From assembly GCF_001194135.2 (NCBI RefSeq), contig NC_068985.1, forward strand, positions 22,238,632-22,302,631: a DNA stretch of 64,000 nucleotides, written 5' to 3'. A model generated the notes under the pieces. It did no database searches and was not told the DNA's origin. It worked only from the letters and a program-made list of their open reading frames with translations. The translations under genes were made by a program, and so were the position numbers. Source of the DNA: Octopus bimaculoides. Its lineage: Eukaryota. Below are positions 25,950-39,215 of the stretch, piece by piece; within the stretch, counting starts at the first letter, position 1, and each line of letters starts with the position of its first letter.

Positions 25950-26720
25950 GGTGTACTTCGAAGTTCACCTATGTTTCCCTTGCCCATCTTTCTTTAGATA
26001 AATACTCAGCTTGATATTACATTCTAACCCCCACACACAGCCTACACAGATGATACCACCCTTCGTTCTTTCTGAAAGATATCATCAACCTACACCCCAT
26101 ACCAAATAGTGCACTAGAATAAAATCTCAAAAACATCTCCCAATAAGGACAGTCTCCTTCAACAACTCAAAATATCATTACTACACATATAAAGGAAACT
26201 AACTTGAACAACACCACCCTAAAGCATGAACAACATAGTTAAACACTTAAAGTCATAGCAAATATTAGTTCCCACAAATCTCTGATGATCTCTCACACCC
26301 CAGACACTAAGCTTCTTCTATGTCTCATCTACCACTATACTAAACTATAGACCCTATATTAAACACCATGCTCAATCATTCTGAAGTTCAGATAGTACCA
26401 ACACTTTTCCAACATACACCATACTGTAAAGTCCAAAAGGAAACACTAACCACATCAATTTCATCAGTCTGAAAGAAACTGCAAAAGTCACTGGTGCTTG
26501 CAGGCAACCCAACCCTCCAACTAAATATTTAAAAGAAATGCAAATTCATTTTCAAAATGCTGAAGTATCACAAACTCAAACCATGTCCTAGTTAAGCTCT
26601 GAATCAAACTAAATTATCAAACATGCATAACATAACTTCAGAAATGTATCTTCAACAATTCATTACACCACAAAGTAATACATAAGATTAATCTGAACAA
26701 GCCTGACAGGGGTGTCCTAA
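25950..26720 (+). mobile_element. Degenerate LINE reverse transcriptase remnant, clade unclear
   Basis: gcctacacagatgataccaccctt = AYTDDTTL (YADD-like) within C/A-rich LINE-like sequence. Confidence 0.45.
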
Positions 26721-27146
26721 CGTTTAAAAATTAGTCTGTATTCAATTGTTTTTGTTTATAACAAAAAAGGTTAGTGACAGAATAAAGCTGGATGTACTTT
26801 TGCAGTTCTGTTTTGTATAATAATATGAAACCAAATATTTCTAAAGATGCATCAACAATTCTAGACAAAGGTGCAGGGAGGAAGGATAAAAAGAAAACAA
26901 CTGACTATCATAACTATAAGAGCTTTGGATGAATTCCATATACAATATCTAATAAGCAGAAAATAAAGTTAAGCATGTATTATTGGCTGGCTATAATGTT
27001 AACCTTAGCATAACATCAGCTATAGAATATGGGGTATAAAAAGAAGATAAGCTTTTTAAAAACCTTATCTTCTCACTTTACTCTGACATGAGAAAATACA
27101 ATTCTGTTCTCTAGAAGAATTGTTTTCTTTTACTTTACCAAAATAC

Positions 27147-27264
27147 CTGCAAGTGTAAACCTATTTCTTTTCTTTTTAATATGAAATCCAGTCACTACTT
27201 GCTTCAGTTTCATGAAAGTTTTCAAATTCTCCTTAAATTCTTTTCTATGATTGAGTAATTCTTC
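27147..27264 (-). CDS. Candidate exon of an unidentified gene (EELLNHRKEFKENLKTFMKLKQVVTGFHIKKKRNRFTLA)
   Basis: Open frame bounded by a weak acceptor ttaaaag and donor G|gtattt; phase-compatible with 27415-27574. No homology recognised. Confidence 0.22.
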
Positions 27265-27414
27265 CTTTTAACATTTACTTGAATGAAAGAATGTCTTTAG
27301 TTTTACTGTATTAAATTGTATTTTATGTAAATAAAAAGCTTTCAATAGAATTTATCATAAAAATTTAATTGCTAAACTTTCCCTTGGAATACTAACTATT
27401 TCAAAATCTCTTAC

Positions 27415-27574
27415 GTGTCTTAAAAAATAGTTAATATTGTTTACATATTTCATATAATCAGAAAATATAAAGACTCCAGTTAGAAAAAAATTAACTATGC
27501 CAATGTCCACAAAATCCAAATACATTAAAATAGTAACATCAGCTTTGATAGAATCATTTTTCTCATCAACAGAT
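27415..27574 (-). CDS. Candidate exon of an unidentified gene (SVDEKNDSIKADVTILMYLDFVDIGIVNFFLTGVFIFSDYMKYVNNINYFLRH)
   Basis: Strong acceptor tgctttttcgtctttattag and donor CAC|gtaaga; only one frame is open over 160 nt. No homology recognised. Confidence 0.33.
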
Positions 27575-27833
27575 CTAATAAAGACGAAAAAGCACATTAG
27601 ATTGATATCATGTAAAAAAAAATATCAAGACTAAATTTGATAAGATCATAGATAAAGCATAAAATAACTGAATTACCTCTAGGTAGAAAAAAGAAAGTTT
27701 AGGGCAATGTTCAGTGCATACTCTTCCCAAAAAGAAAACAAAAATGTCTGAAAAACTAATTTATTAGTTTGAGATTATCATACAGATATATCAAACTGTT
27801 TTACTACAAAGATATTTAATTTAACAGATTACA

Positions 27834-27872
<39 letters not shown>

Positions 27873-28130
27873 CAAATCTTAAGTCTGATCTGGATTTTAT
27901 TTCATTTAGTGTTAGATTATCAGATAGGATTCCTGACTTTCATCCAAGTGGCCTGGGTTCAAATCCCAGCATCTGAATGGGGTTAATTTAACGTATAGAC
28001 ATGGTTATGTAGTTAAGAAGCTTGCTTTGCAACCACATGGTTTTGGGTTCTGTCACACTGCATAGCAGCATAGACAAGTGTCTTCTACTAGAGCTCTGGG
28101 CCAACCAATGCCTTTTCATGAAAAAGATTC

Positions 28131-28514
28131 TGCAGGCTGTGTGGTAAGTAGCTTCCTTACCAACCACATGGTCCCAGGTTCAGTCCCACTGCATGGCATC
28201 TTGGGCAATTGTCTTCTACTATAGCCTCGGGTCGACCAAAGCCTTGTGAGTGGATTTGGTAGACGGAAACTGAAAGAAGCCCGTCGTGCGTGCGTGCGTG
28301 CGTGCATGCGTGCGTGCGTGTGTGTGTTTGTTCCCCACCATTGCTTGACAACCGATGCTGGTGTGTTTATGTCCCCGTAACTTAGCGGTTCGGCAAAAAG
28401 AGACCGATAGAATAAGTACTAGGCTTACAAAGAAGAAGTCCTGGGGGAGATTTTCTCGACTAAAGGCAGTGCTCCAGCATGGCCGCAGTCAAATGACTGA
28501 AACAAGTAAAAGAG
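28131..28514 (+). mobile_element. SINE family A, near full length, preceded by a head-only copy at about 27995-28112
   Basis: A-box-like ggctgtgtgg, B-box-like ggttcagtcc, ttgggcaa-type central domain, (TGCG)n linker, 3' module ending gaaacaagtaaaagag. Confidence 0.9.
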
Positions 28515-29249
28515 ATATGTCATCATCATCATCATCACTATTTTAAGTGCATTTTACAATTTCTATGCTCTCATGGACTGGACAGGATGTCCTGGTTGGA
28601 GTCAGTTATTTAGAGTCACTAGCCTACTAGATAGCTCAGAGGACCATATCTTGCTCATATGTTCCATTTTCATTTGAATTCTATTATTAGATTCTCTTCT
28701 TAACACCAACTGTTGTACAGAGCATATTGGGTGTATTTTATTAAGGCAGTAATGCTAAAGAGGTTGCCATGTTCTCAACAGGGCAAAACTAAGCAATATT
28801 ATTAGTTGATGGATAAAAACATTGATGGATAAAAAATGATGGATAAAAAAGACAAAATATATGGTATATGAGTTACAACCATTTATGGTCTCAGTTCTAA
28901 TCCCACTAACATCAACTTTGCCTTTCATCTTTCTAGGATCAATAAAATTACCAACCACATACTAGAGTCAATTTGACTATATCCTCCCCTAAAATTTGTG
29001 TCCTGGACCAATGTTAGAAATCAAAATTATTAATAGCAAAACCTCTTATAAAATATACATATATACTTACAACTCAAGTATTTTATAGTTAATGTTTAAT
29101 TTTCAGCTTTCAATATTATTTCAGTTTTTTTATATTTTTGGGNNNNNNNNNNNNNNNNNNGGGGGGGGCTATTGAAATATAACAGTAAGTATTATAAAAT
29201 TGCTTAATTCCCAACAACAAATTAGATCTAATGAAACATAAATATTGAG

Positions 29250-29600
29250 GAAGTGTACATAACCAGTTTTTACAACTCATTGCTGTAGTCCCCCAACCAA
29301 TAATAACTCCCTCGTCTACATTTCAAACCACAAATACCTAAACATATTCAGTTATGTTCCTGAACAATAATAAAATATCCTCTCTAAATCTGATCAAAAG
29401 AAACACAAACTGCATAAACATATCAAAATATCTGTAGCATAGACTGAACGACAGCAAATCAAGAATGCAAACATTTGACTGGCTATAACAGAACTAATCA
29501 TTCAACTCATAACTAAAGTGCCACTTGAATTAGCATTTAACAAATTCTGCGAAAGGCAAAGTCCCTTGACAAAATTTCACTTTTTGTCATGATCTTTCAG
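29250..29600 (+). mobile_element. Possible Penelope-like C-terminal remnant
   Basis: ISKYL*HRLNDSK...FDW...FNS.xKCHL resembles the LSKYIWxLK...W...YN..KxCxLC tail of some PLE endonucleases. Weak. Confidence 0.3.
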
Positions 29601-29634
29601 GAAGTGCAGCTGAGAGCACAGATAATGTGTGCAC

Positions 29635-29675
<41 letters not shown>

Positions 29676-31621
29676 TGGGTGACAAGTTCAAGAAGAAGAT
29701 ATGTCCGGCCACTTAGGATAAACTACTCAAAGATAAGTATGAAAGTGAAGAAAAATATTTAATCCATACTTGTTCATCTGAAACAATAGACTCTGTTTTG
29801 CCTGAACCATAGGCATAACAGAACATATTTTGTTGGACAAATGATGACAGACTGAATATTTTCATAACTATGTATACACACACACACACACACACACATG
29901 AACATAAAATTGGGCTTCTTGGATGGAGTCAAGATATATTTTTAAAATTAGGAGAATTAGCTGTTAAACTGATAATGCTTATTGTATCACATGTAAAAAT
30001 TGTTGACACAATTTTTACATGTTTTTTGATTAAGCAATTAGTTTAATCAAAAATATATGCTCAAACAACTTTAGAACTCTAAGTTACAAGATTTTATTCA
30101 ACCTACAGACATATCTACTTTGTACTTCTTTACAATTAAATTTTTTTTAAATTAATGCTTTACACTAGGTATAAACTATTATCTTATATACATAAATACT
30201 AATTATTACAACAGGTTTGTTTCACACTTGTAACCTTACAAAACTAATTTCTATGTAATGTTTTGTGACTATATGAAAAAAGAATATATACATATATTTG
30301 GCATTTAGGAAGGGTATCCAGCCATAGAAACCATGCCAAAACAGACAATGAAGCCTGGTGCTGCCCCCAGCCTTACCAGCTCCTATCAAACCATCCAACC
30401 CATACCAGCATGGAAAAGACGTTAAATGATGATGATATAGTTATGGATGATTATTTAAGATTATTGCCAAACTGAAGAATGGAAACAGTTCAAAATATAT
30501 AATAAAAGAAAAAAGGAAAGATTGAGTCAATAAGGAATAAACACTATAACATAACCGGTACTTTTTTATCCATCCCCAAAAGATAATGTTAAAGCTAACT
30601 TAGGTATGATTTGAAACCTGAACACAAACACACAGAAATAAAGACTCTAATGCAGTTGATCTTTCATTCTTGCTATTGTACCATCTCTGAAAATTTGTAT
30701 AATATATACTAATAATATGTTAATATATAAAAACACAAATGAGTAGAAAAAAAAAGATCCCGCATTTTGATGTAGAACAAAAAGCCAAGCAACAAATTAA
30801 TTATAAAAGAAAAAAAAGATTGCAAAGTTTGAACTTCAAACAATACAATACAATGGAGAAATATTTAATAAAACTGATAGTACAATTAATATACTTATAA
30901 TATTCTAAATTAAAGATACATCCCTTTCAAGCTGAATCTGGCTCAGAAAATTTGTCCAATAATTGATTAGGAGATAATTTGCTAATTACAATTAAGAATG
31001 ATATGCAGTTATTAAATACAATTTAAGATGCACAAATGACTTCTAAAGTATTGTTTTAATACAGTGCTGAAAATATAATTATTTTTCAATAAGCTAACCA
31101 ACATAGCTACATTAATAGTTGTGCTCCATATACGAACAAATATGATGAGCTTGAAAGGAACCATATATACACACATATATATATATATTGTCTCTGCATT
31201 GGCACACATACACCTTTTACCTTAACTACCAAACAATAAATCTTTCAAAATTATTAATACCCCAAAACATCTCAGGAAGCACCTAAAAATAGAAAGTCTC
31301 AGATAAAGCTATTTGAAACATATCAAATTTAATACAGATAAAAAGCAGCATGCTTCTCTGATTCACAATATCTTCATAGTCCCTAGCCTTAAACATTGTG
31401 AGTAAAGGAAGAAAGCTACTGTTCTGAATTATCTGAAAATAATCACCCTGCATATTCACATCCCTTTGTGTTTTTTTAATCCAATTTTCTTACCAGATGA
31501 ATTTTTAATTTTCATACAACTAAAACTTGCGATTTTTTTTTTTTAGATAAAAATCCAATTTACATGTGTGTGCTTGTGTAATTGAAGTATTAGCAAACTC
31601 AAATGATTTATATGATATTTC

Positions 31622-31748
31622 ATTTTATCACCCCCAAAAGTATGATGGGTAGAGTTGTTCTTGGCAGGATTTGAACTCAGAATGTAAAAAGGTAAAAGAA
31701 ATGCTGCAAGTTATTTAATCTAATGTCCTAACAATTCTACCAATCCTA

Positions 31749-31841
<93 letters not shown>

Positions 31842-32640
31842 TCTATTATAGGCACAAGGCCTGAAATTCAGGGGGAGGGAGACTAGTCGACTACATTGAT
31901 ACCAGTGTTTCACTGGTACTTAATTTATCAACCGAAAAAATTGAAAGGCTAAGTCGACCTCAGCAGAATTTTAACTCCGAACATAAGGATGGGTGAAATA
32001 CCTCTAAGCATTTCATTTGGCATGCTAACAATTCTGCCAGCTCACTACCTTAATAATAATAACAATCCTTTCTACTAAGGGCACAAGGCCTGAAATTTGT
32101 GGGGAGGGGACTAGTTGAATTTGAAACCAGAACATAAAGAGCCAGGACAAATACCACGTTTTTTTTCAACATTCTAACAATTCTAGCAGCTGGCTTTAAT
32201 AATAATAATCTTTTCTTCTATAGGCACAAGGCCTGAAATTTGAGAGATGGAGCTAGTTGATTACATCAACCCAAGTGCATAACTGGTATTTATTTCATCA
32301 ACCCCAAGAGAATGAAAGGTGAAGTCAACTTCAGTGGAATTTGAACTCAGAACATAAGGACAGATGAAATACCACTAAGCAACTAATAATAATAATAATG
32401 GTCTGTGATTTAGGCACAAGGGCAGCAATTTTGAGTAAAAGGAGTTAGTGGTTACAATCGACCCCAGTACTAATTCTTTATTTTATTGGCCCTAAAATGA
32501 TGAAAGGCAAACTAAGAATGTAAAGAGCTAAATCAAATACCAGAAAGCAATTTTTCTGATGCTCTAAAAATTCTACCAGCTTCAGGTAGGTCAGCAATTT
32601 TGAAGAGATTGGAGTTACTTGAAAACAACACAACCAGTAC
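31622..32640 (-). mobile_element. Head-to-tail cluster of 5-6 SINE family C copies separated by (AAT)n
   Basis: Repeated ggcacaaggcctgaaatt...gatgaaaggc...gaatttgaactcag...aacaattct units at about 31622, 31842, 32066, 32212, 32402 and 32583. Confidence 0.88.
31749..31841. repeat. (AAT)31 microsatellite
   Basis: Direct reading. Confidence 0.97.
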
Positions 32641-32649
32641 TTGAGTAGT

Positions 32650-33052
32650 ATCCTTTATCTTTTACTTGTTGCAGTCATTAAGACTGTGGCCATGCTGGAG
32701 CACAACCTTGAAGAGTTTCTAGTCAAATGAATCAACCATAGGACTTTTTTTATAAGTTTGGTACTTACTCTACCAGTCTCTTTTGCCAAACCACTAATTT
32801 ATAGGGATGTAAACAAACCAACATCAGTTGCCAAGAAGTGGTAGGAGACACGCGCGCGCTCGCGCACATACATACACACACATATATATAGATACATGCA
32901 CACACAGCTACTTTCAGTTTCTGTCTACCAAATCCACTCACAAGGCTTTGGTTGGCCTGAGGCTAGAAAATATTTGCCCAAGGTGCCACACAGTGGGACT
33001 GAACCTGGGACCACATGGTTGGAAAGCAAACTTCTTACCACACAGCCATGCC
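32650..33052 (-). mobile_element. SINE family A
   Basis: Colinear with 44879-45273. Confidence 0.85.
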
Positions 33053-33320
33053 TAGCTCTGAGTAGACAAAAGGCAAAATTGGCCTCAACAGGATTTGAAC
33101 CCAGAGCACAGAGTCAGAACAGATGGCGTAAAGTATCTTGTCCAATGCTCAAACGATTCTGTCAATCCACTGCCTCAATAATGATATTGATTTCTAACAG
33201 ACACAAGATCACAAATTTGGAAAAAGGTATACTCAATTAGAATGACTCCAGTACTTAATTTATTGACAATGGAAGAGTGAAATATAATATTTACTTCAGC
33301 TGTATTTTTTTAATTCAGAA

Positions 33321-33339
33321 CTACTACTACTACTACTAC

Positions 33340-33405
<66 letters not shown>

Positions 33406-33443
33406 CAGCAGCAGCAGCAACAACAACAACAACAACAACACAA
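33321..33443. repeat. Compound trinucleotide tract (CTA)n(AGT)n(AGC)n(AAC)n
   Basis: Direct reading. Confidence 0.95.
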
Positions 33444-34847
33444 TATTATTATAATTTAATATGCTTGATATAGAGTAGATGTTAAAAAAATAATTTAGAA
33501 TTGGGAATAATCAGGTCTGTTTTATTTCTAATGATAAATTCTTTATTTTAAATTCATTTTTGGAACAATTTTTTGGATTTTTTTTTTTTTTTTTTGCAAT
33601 ACTGAGTGGAGAATAAAGTAAAAAAATAAATATTTCTTTTGGTACAGGATTGTTTTATAACAAATCAATATAATAGAAAAGTAGATGAAAGATTAAATTC
33701 CACCATTTCCAAAAACAGACTGACTGCACTTGGTCCAGTGCACCTAAATGAAATTTTCCATGCAGTCATGCATAGCATTATAGCAATTAAATCAACTAAA
33801 TACATATCACTTAAATTAACAGGCAGAAAAATCTATCACTGAATTCAATTACATAATATTATACATATATATCCATATATATATTATTCACACACACACA
33901 CAAATAACATACATAAGCAAATATTCTTTAATGGTCATTGCCTTTAAAATAATAAATCTACAAATTCGATATTTCTCTATAAATACACCGTAATAAATGT
34001 TAAGGAAGCAGATGCCAATCTCTTTCTCTCTCTTTTTCTCTCTCTCTCAATGTTTTTAAAATACGTAAGCTGAACTCTAGCAGCAGAAAAACATTACATG
34101 AGGTAATAGTTTGCATTGGTTACTTTTCTTTTATGACTATTAAATCAGGGAGAAAATTTTTCCATAAATAATCATTCTTTTAAAAGGATTAGCATAATGT
34201 TGAAATATTTGCTAATGAAGACAGTTATATAAAATTCATGAAATGGACATCATTGTAGCTACTCCATCTCAGTTTTGCTCAGTATCTTTTGCAGATCCAA
34301 CAACGTAACAATTGCTTATGATGTCTGATTGGTGCTAGCATATCCTCCCTTCTTTTTCGCTCAAAATTGATTTGTTATCAAAGAATATTTCATATAAATT
34401 CACTGAAATAAACTACAATAATGATAAACATTTATTGCAGACAATTTTTACAAAGTTAAGTATCTTATTTTTAGGAGAAAAGATATCATTTAACCTAATG
34501 GCATAACTTTTTGGAATAAAAAGAAAACACAAGTGTAAAGAATTCAACTGAAATACAATCCCTATGTAGAGAGATATGTGAATATATATGCTTTTGTATA
34601 TATAAAACTCAGGTATATATTAAACAAAATAAAATTTTTTCAAGGTGTGTTAAATTTTTATACAAAATAAAAAATAGATTTTAAATTATGTAAAAGAAAT
34701 TAAAAAATCAAAAGGAAAAGTACACCAAAATGACTGGTCTCCATATTTTTAAAACTATACAAGTATAGAAAAACATGGACCATCTTTTTCTTTTCTTACT
34801 GCTTCTTAAAAGAAACTTATTTATCCAAATTATGCAGGTACAGGTGT

Positions 34848-35243
34848 GGCTGTGCAGTTAGATTTACTTTCCAATCACATGGTTTTAGATTTAGTTCCAC
34901 AGTGTGGAAGCTAGGACAAGTCTTCTACTAAAGTCCCAGGCTTTGTGAGTAAATTTAGTAGACGGAAACTGAAAGAAGCCCATATGTGTGTGTGCATGTG
35001 TCTCTCTCTCTCTCTCTTTGTCTTGACATCATGTGATAGTTGTGAAACAGTGTCACTGTCATACAAGCAATGTCACTCATTTCCAATATTCTTCAAAAAC
35101 ATGGCTGGCTACAGAGAATTATTACCAAGCTCAAAAACAGGTGAAGTTTGGCAACAGGAAAGGCATCCAGCTGTTGAAAATCTGCCTTAAATGTCATCCA
35201 ATCTATGAAAGCATGGAAAAGTGGGCATTAAAATGATAATGAT
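34848..35243 (+). mobile_element. SINE family B
   Basis: Family A head and body, then gtgatagttgtgaaacagtgtc middle and caggaaaggcatccagctg...catggaaaagtgggcattaaaatgataatgat tail. Confidence 0.82.
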
Positions 35244-35899
35244 AATTATGTACTAAACTGTTTAACTCTTATGGAAGTGAAACATCATTGAACATAATCA
35301 AGGTTAAGTTAGTTAATCCAAATCTGATCTCTAATTTAAGAAGCTCTATTAAGAAATACAAATTAATGAGGAGAGCCTCTATGAAATGGTTTAACTAGCT
35401 AGAGACAGTAGTCAAATCTCCAGCAAATCATACCTTAAAATCTTTTAAAAAATTGAAAGAGATATTTATCCAAGATATATATACCTTAAAAACAAGGTGA
35501 TCATGATTTGAACACCTTTACATACAGACAGGTTGACCTGGCACTTAACAATAACAACAAAGAGATGTTCATCACACATCAGAATTGCTATAATTTGAAT
35601 TAAAGTCCCGTTTTAGTGACTTCTGATCAGTGCTATAACACTGATCATACATTTTGCTTTGACTGAGAGTATTTAGTCCAGTTAAGACTAACATGTGAAG
35701 AAACTACAGTTGAAAAATAGACCAGTCATGAGCAAACTAAAGCCTAACAAAAAAAAATTGCCTCCAAGTGTTTTCAGTACAACCCACCTGCAGTTGAGCC
35801 ATGTCTTATGTGTTCTGCTTCTCTAAAAGCAGTTGCCCATGCCTGCTCTAGACAGAGGTTACAATATTCCATTGGACATTGGATCAGTACTCTATAAAA

Positions 35900-36733
35900 T
35901 TACTAGTGATGAATAACAAATATTCATAAGTAAGACCTTTGGAGATATGCTGTGATCAGTGGTGGACTGGGTCTAAAAATATTGGTTGCCAGGAGACTAA
36001 AGGGGCCCAACTGCAACTATGATCCTATCATTTATTTATTTATTTATCTATTTATTTTTTTGTTAAAAGTATTCTTTTCAACTGTCTCCAAACACAGCCA
36101 GGCTGAAATAATTAATGCATTCTTCCAAGAGTGAATAAAAAGTTCTCAAACTTGAGGGGATGAGCCCCTTAGATACTAACATGGGCCTCCATATATAAAT
36201 TCTAATGGTGCAGGGGCCTACTTGCCATCGGGGTGGCTGGCAACCTGGCCAGTCCGCCACTGACTGTAATTGAGAAGACCCAGCAAGTAAAGTGAGATCA
36301 CAGCCGTAGCCTATACCAGTGTTGCATAACGAGCCCATTTAAAAGTACCCTTGAATCATCAGGTGATACACTGCGCTTGAGAAGACCTATTGAGTTAAGT
36401 AAAATCAAAATCAAATCAAGATCGAAACCAAAATGGAAATTGTAGTTATGGCTGATGCCAGTACCACCTGACTGCCACCCATGCTGGTGGCATGTAATAA
36501 GCACCATTTAAGCATGGCTTGGTGCCAGTGCCACCTGAATGGCTCCTGTGCTGGTGGCACGTAAAAAGTACCCACTACACTCTCAGAGTGGTTGGTGTTA
36601 AGAGGGACATCCGGCTGTAGAAACATTGCCAGATCGGATTGGAGCCTGGTGCAGCCTACTGGCTCGCCAGTCCCCAGTCAAACCATCCAACCCATGCCAG
36701 CATGGAAAACAGGCGTTAAACGATAATGATGAT
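35900..36733 (+). mobile_element. 5'-truncated RTE-type LINE 3' end interrupted by a hAT MITE
   Basis: gacctttggagatatgctgtg...tgagaagacccagcaag matches the ORF end DLWKYAVLEKTQQAK* at 57760-57810. The 3' UTR has about 65-bp repeats and a (GAT)n tail. Confidence 0.75.
35957..36262. mobile_element. hAT-type MITE
   Basis: TIRs cagtggtggactgg / ccagtccgccactg (13/14). 8-bp TSD gctgtgat / actgtaat; the empty site reads gctgtgct in the paralog near 57780. Confidence 0.85.
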
Positions 36734-36869
36734 AAATAAAAAGAACACTTTACAGAAAGAAAATTTAAGAAAACTGGTTGAAAACATCAAATGAATAAAT
36801 TGCTATATTTGTCTGCATTAAATGCTTTTCCATGGACATTATAATTACATAAGTTCATTGTCTTTTGTT

Positions 36870-37250
36870 GTTTTAACATCTACTATTTCCATTCTTGCAT
36901 AACTCACACAGAATTTGTTGAGGCAGATATTCTACCACCAGATGCCCTTCTTGTGACCAACTCACACTTGTTTTCCCATGGGCAGACATCTTTTCACAGA
37001 AGATTGGAAACAAAGTACACCACTTGCATAACAGTGATGCTTACATACAACTTTCACACAATGCCAAGGCAAAGAGACAGTAACACACACACACACACAC
37101 ATATATATGTTGGGCTTCTTTCAGTTTCTGACTATCAAATCTACTCACAAGGCTTTGGTGAGCCCGGAGCTTAAGAGACACTTACTTCAGGTGCCACACA
37201 CTGAGACTGAATCTGAAACCAGGTAGTTGAGAAACAAACTGTTTAACACA
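36870..37250 (-). mobile_element. SINE family B
   Basis: Reverse complement of the family B layout. Further copies at about 46460-46872, 48115-48512 and 49000-49265. Confidence 0.75.
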
Positions 37251-39215
37251 GCTTGTGTTTATAAGTCATTATATAAGATAATTACAATTTAACAAGATTA
37301 CATAGCTATTTTGTACCTATATGCATATCTAAAAACATGGCTGTATATTTTGTACATTATATTTGCCATGTGACAGTGGCCAAATAACACAAGCAACTGA
37401 ATTGCTGTGGTATTTCAGAAGAATTCCTCTTCATATAGCGATCTACAAAAATTCAGAATGCAGAACCTACCCATCTCCCCTTCAAGCCATACAAGTTCTG
37501 TAAGCTAATAAAGCATGAATTTTTATAATAATTTTGCTGTTTACAGCAATAACCTGTACCGCTGTATGGAACCTACCTATAAGTAGGGAACTGGGCCATT
37601 AATAAAATATATTGGTTACAGGCACAGTTGAAATACTGATAGGATGCAATACACTAACTAAACACACTTGTAAATTAATATACACTATGTTGGTTGGACA
37701 AATATTTCCCTCATAATTGAATTCCTAAAAGATTATAAAGAATTTAGAAGTGCTTAACAAGAAAAATCACAAATTTAATGCTTAATAAAAGTATATTTTG
37801 AATAAGTGCTAATTTAACAATGTCTGAAATAAGAGAATACTTTGGATAAAATTAAATAGCTCCATATAAACAAAGACTTTTAAATCAAATTACAAATAGA
37901 CTGGGAAAACAAAAAATGTTAAGTACAAAAGTTTATTAATTTCTGGATATATCATGACATAATTCTAGTGTATTGTCTTGACAAGGATATTCTAAAGTGG
38001 TTTTGAATTGCCTTCCTCAGATGGACAGGAAATATGAGATTACTAATTATTTGGGAACAGGAATAGTGTTTTTCCCAAGGAATGAGATAGCTACAAGTGG
38101 AAGCCAAAACTAGAGAAGAATAAAAGTTCTGTTAAAAGGACAGAATTCTTTTTTTTCCTTTTTTTTTTTTTTGAGAACAAAATATGGTGCCAACTTCAAA
38201 CAGAAAAAAAAGATGAATTTCTTAGATACCAAAACTGAAATATTGGCATATTTTCAACTAACTGATAGTTTTAACAAATTATCATTCTAAAAGTTAAAAG
38301 TTATTTGGGGAAGTGTTAGTGACTAAATTCAAGTTTTCTTATCTATTGCAGTTTAAATGATACAAAAACTGCAAATGTGTTTGTTTATCAGTGGAGTGAT
38401 TATCTGAGTATGCAGCCACTTTCATTATACTTATTTAGCTAACTTCATCAAACATAGCAATAGTTTGTAGGTTACCAGGAACACTTCAGAGGAGGTGTGG
38501 CTAGTTATATCATCTGACTGCATCCATCTAAGCCTGCACTACAGACTCTAGGCATAACTTAGTTGTTTTTCAAAATAATAATGATTTTAGCATCTGCCTT
38601 AATTTCACTATTTTGATGGCAAGCAGTAATTATTGAGCATTTTCTATCTGAATAATGAGAAATGTGAATGAAAATAGCACAAGTATACTTGAGTGTTTAT
38701 GTTCATTATTACACTTACAAATAGGAATAATAATATATCGGGTGGTTAGTTAAGTGTGATCAAAACAAAACTCGTTTACAAGATTTTCAATCAAAGTAAC
38801 AGTAGAAAACCATATGAATAACAAATATGGCTCTGTGGTGATTAAAGAAGTGTAATTAGTGCAATAGTATCTAATCTCTTTTACTGAAAATGAATGAAAA
38901 TGTATTAGACAGAAACTGTAAGAAACAGAAATATTTACACTTCAAAGAATTCTCTGGTTTTGGATACTAACTAGACGTTTTTGTTTTTGTTTTTTCTTGT
39001 ATTCAAACTGTTGGGAAAGAAATTATATATTTTTAGCAGAATGGAATATGAGAAAAGGAAATGCAGACTAAAAGAAACTGCTTGATTTTGCAGGGTTGAA
39101 ATGCAAAGTATGATGAAATAAAAACAACAAAATCTTCATTCCAAGACCAAGCTTAGATTAATAAAGAACAATTTCATCTAAACAATATGCTCCTAGAGAA
39201 TAAGCTACACACTAT

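Noticed and set aside
34150-34400. Coding-looking minus-strand stretch (NLYEIFFDNKSILSEKEG..., LLDLQKILSKTEME)
   Set aside because: Multiple stops in all frames and no motif I can assign.
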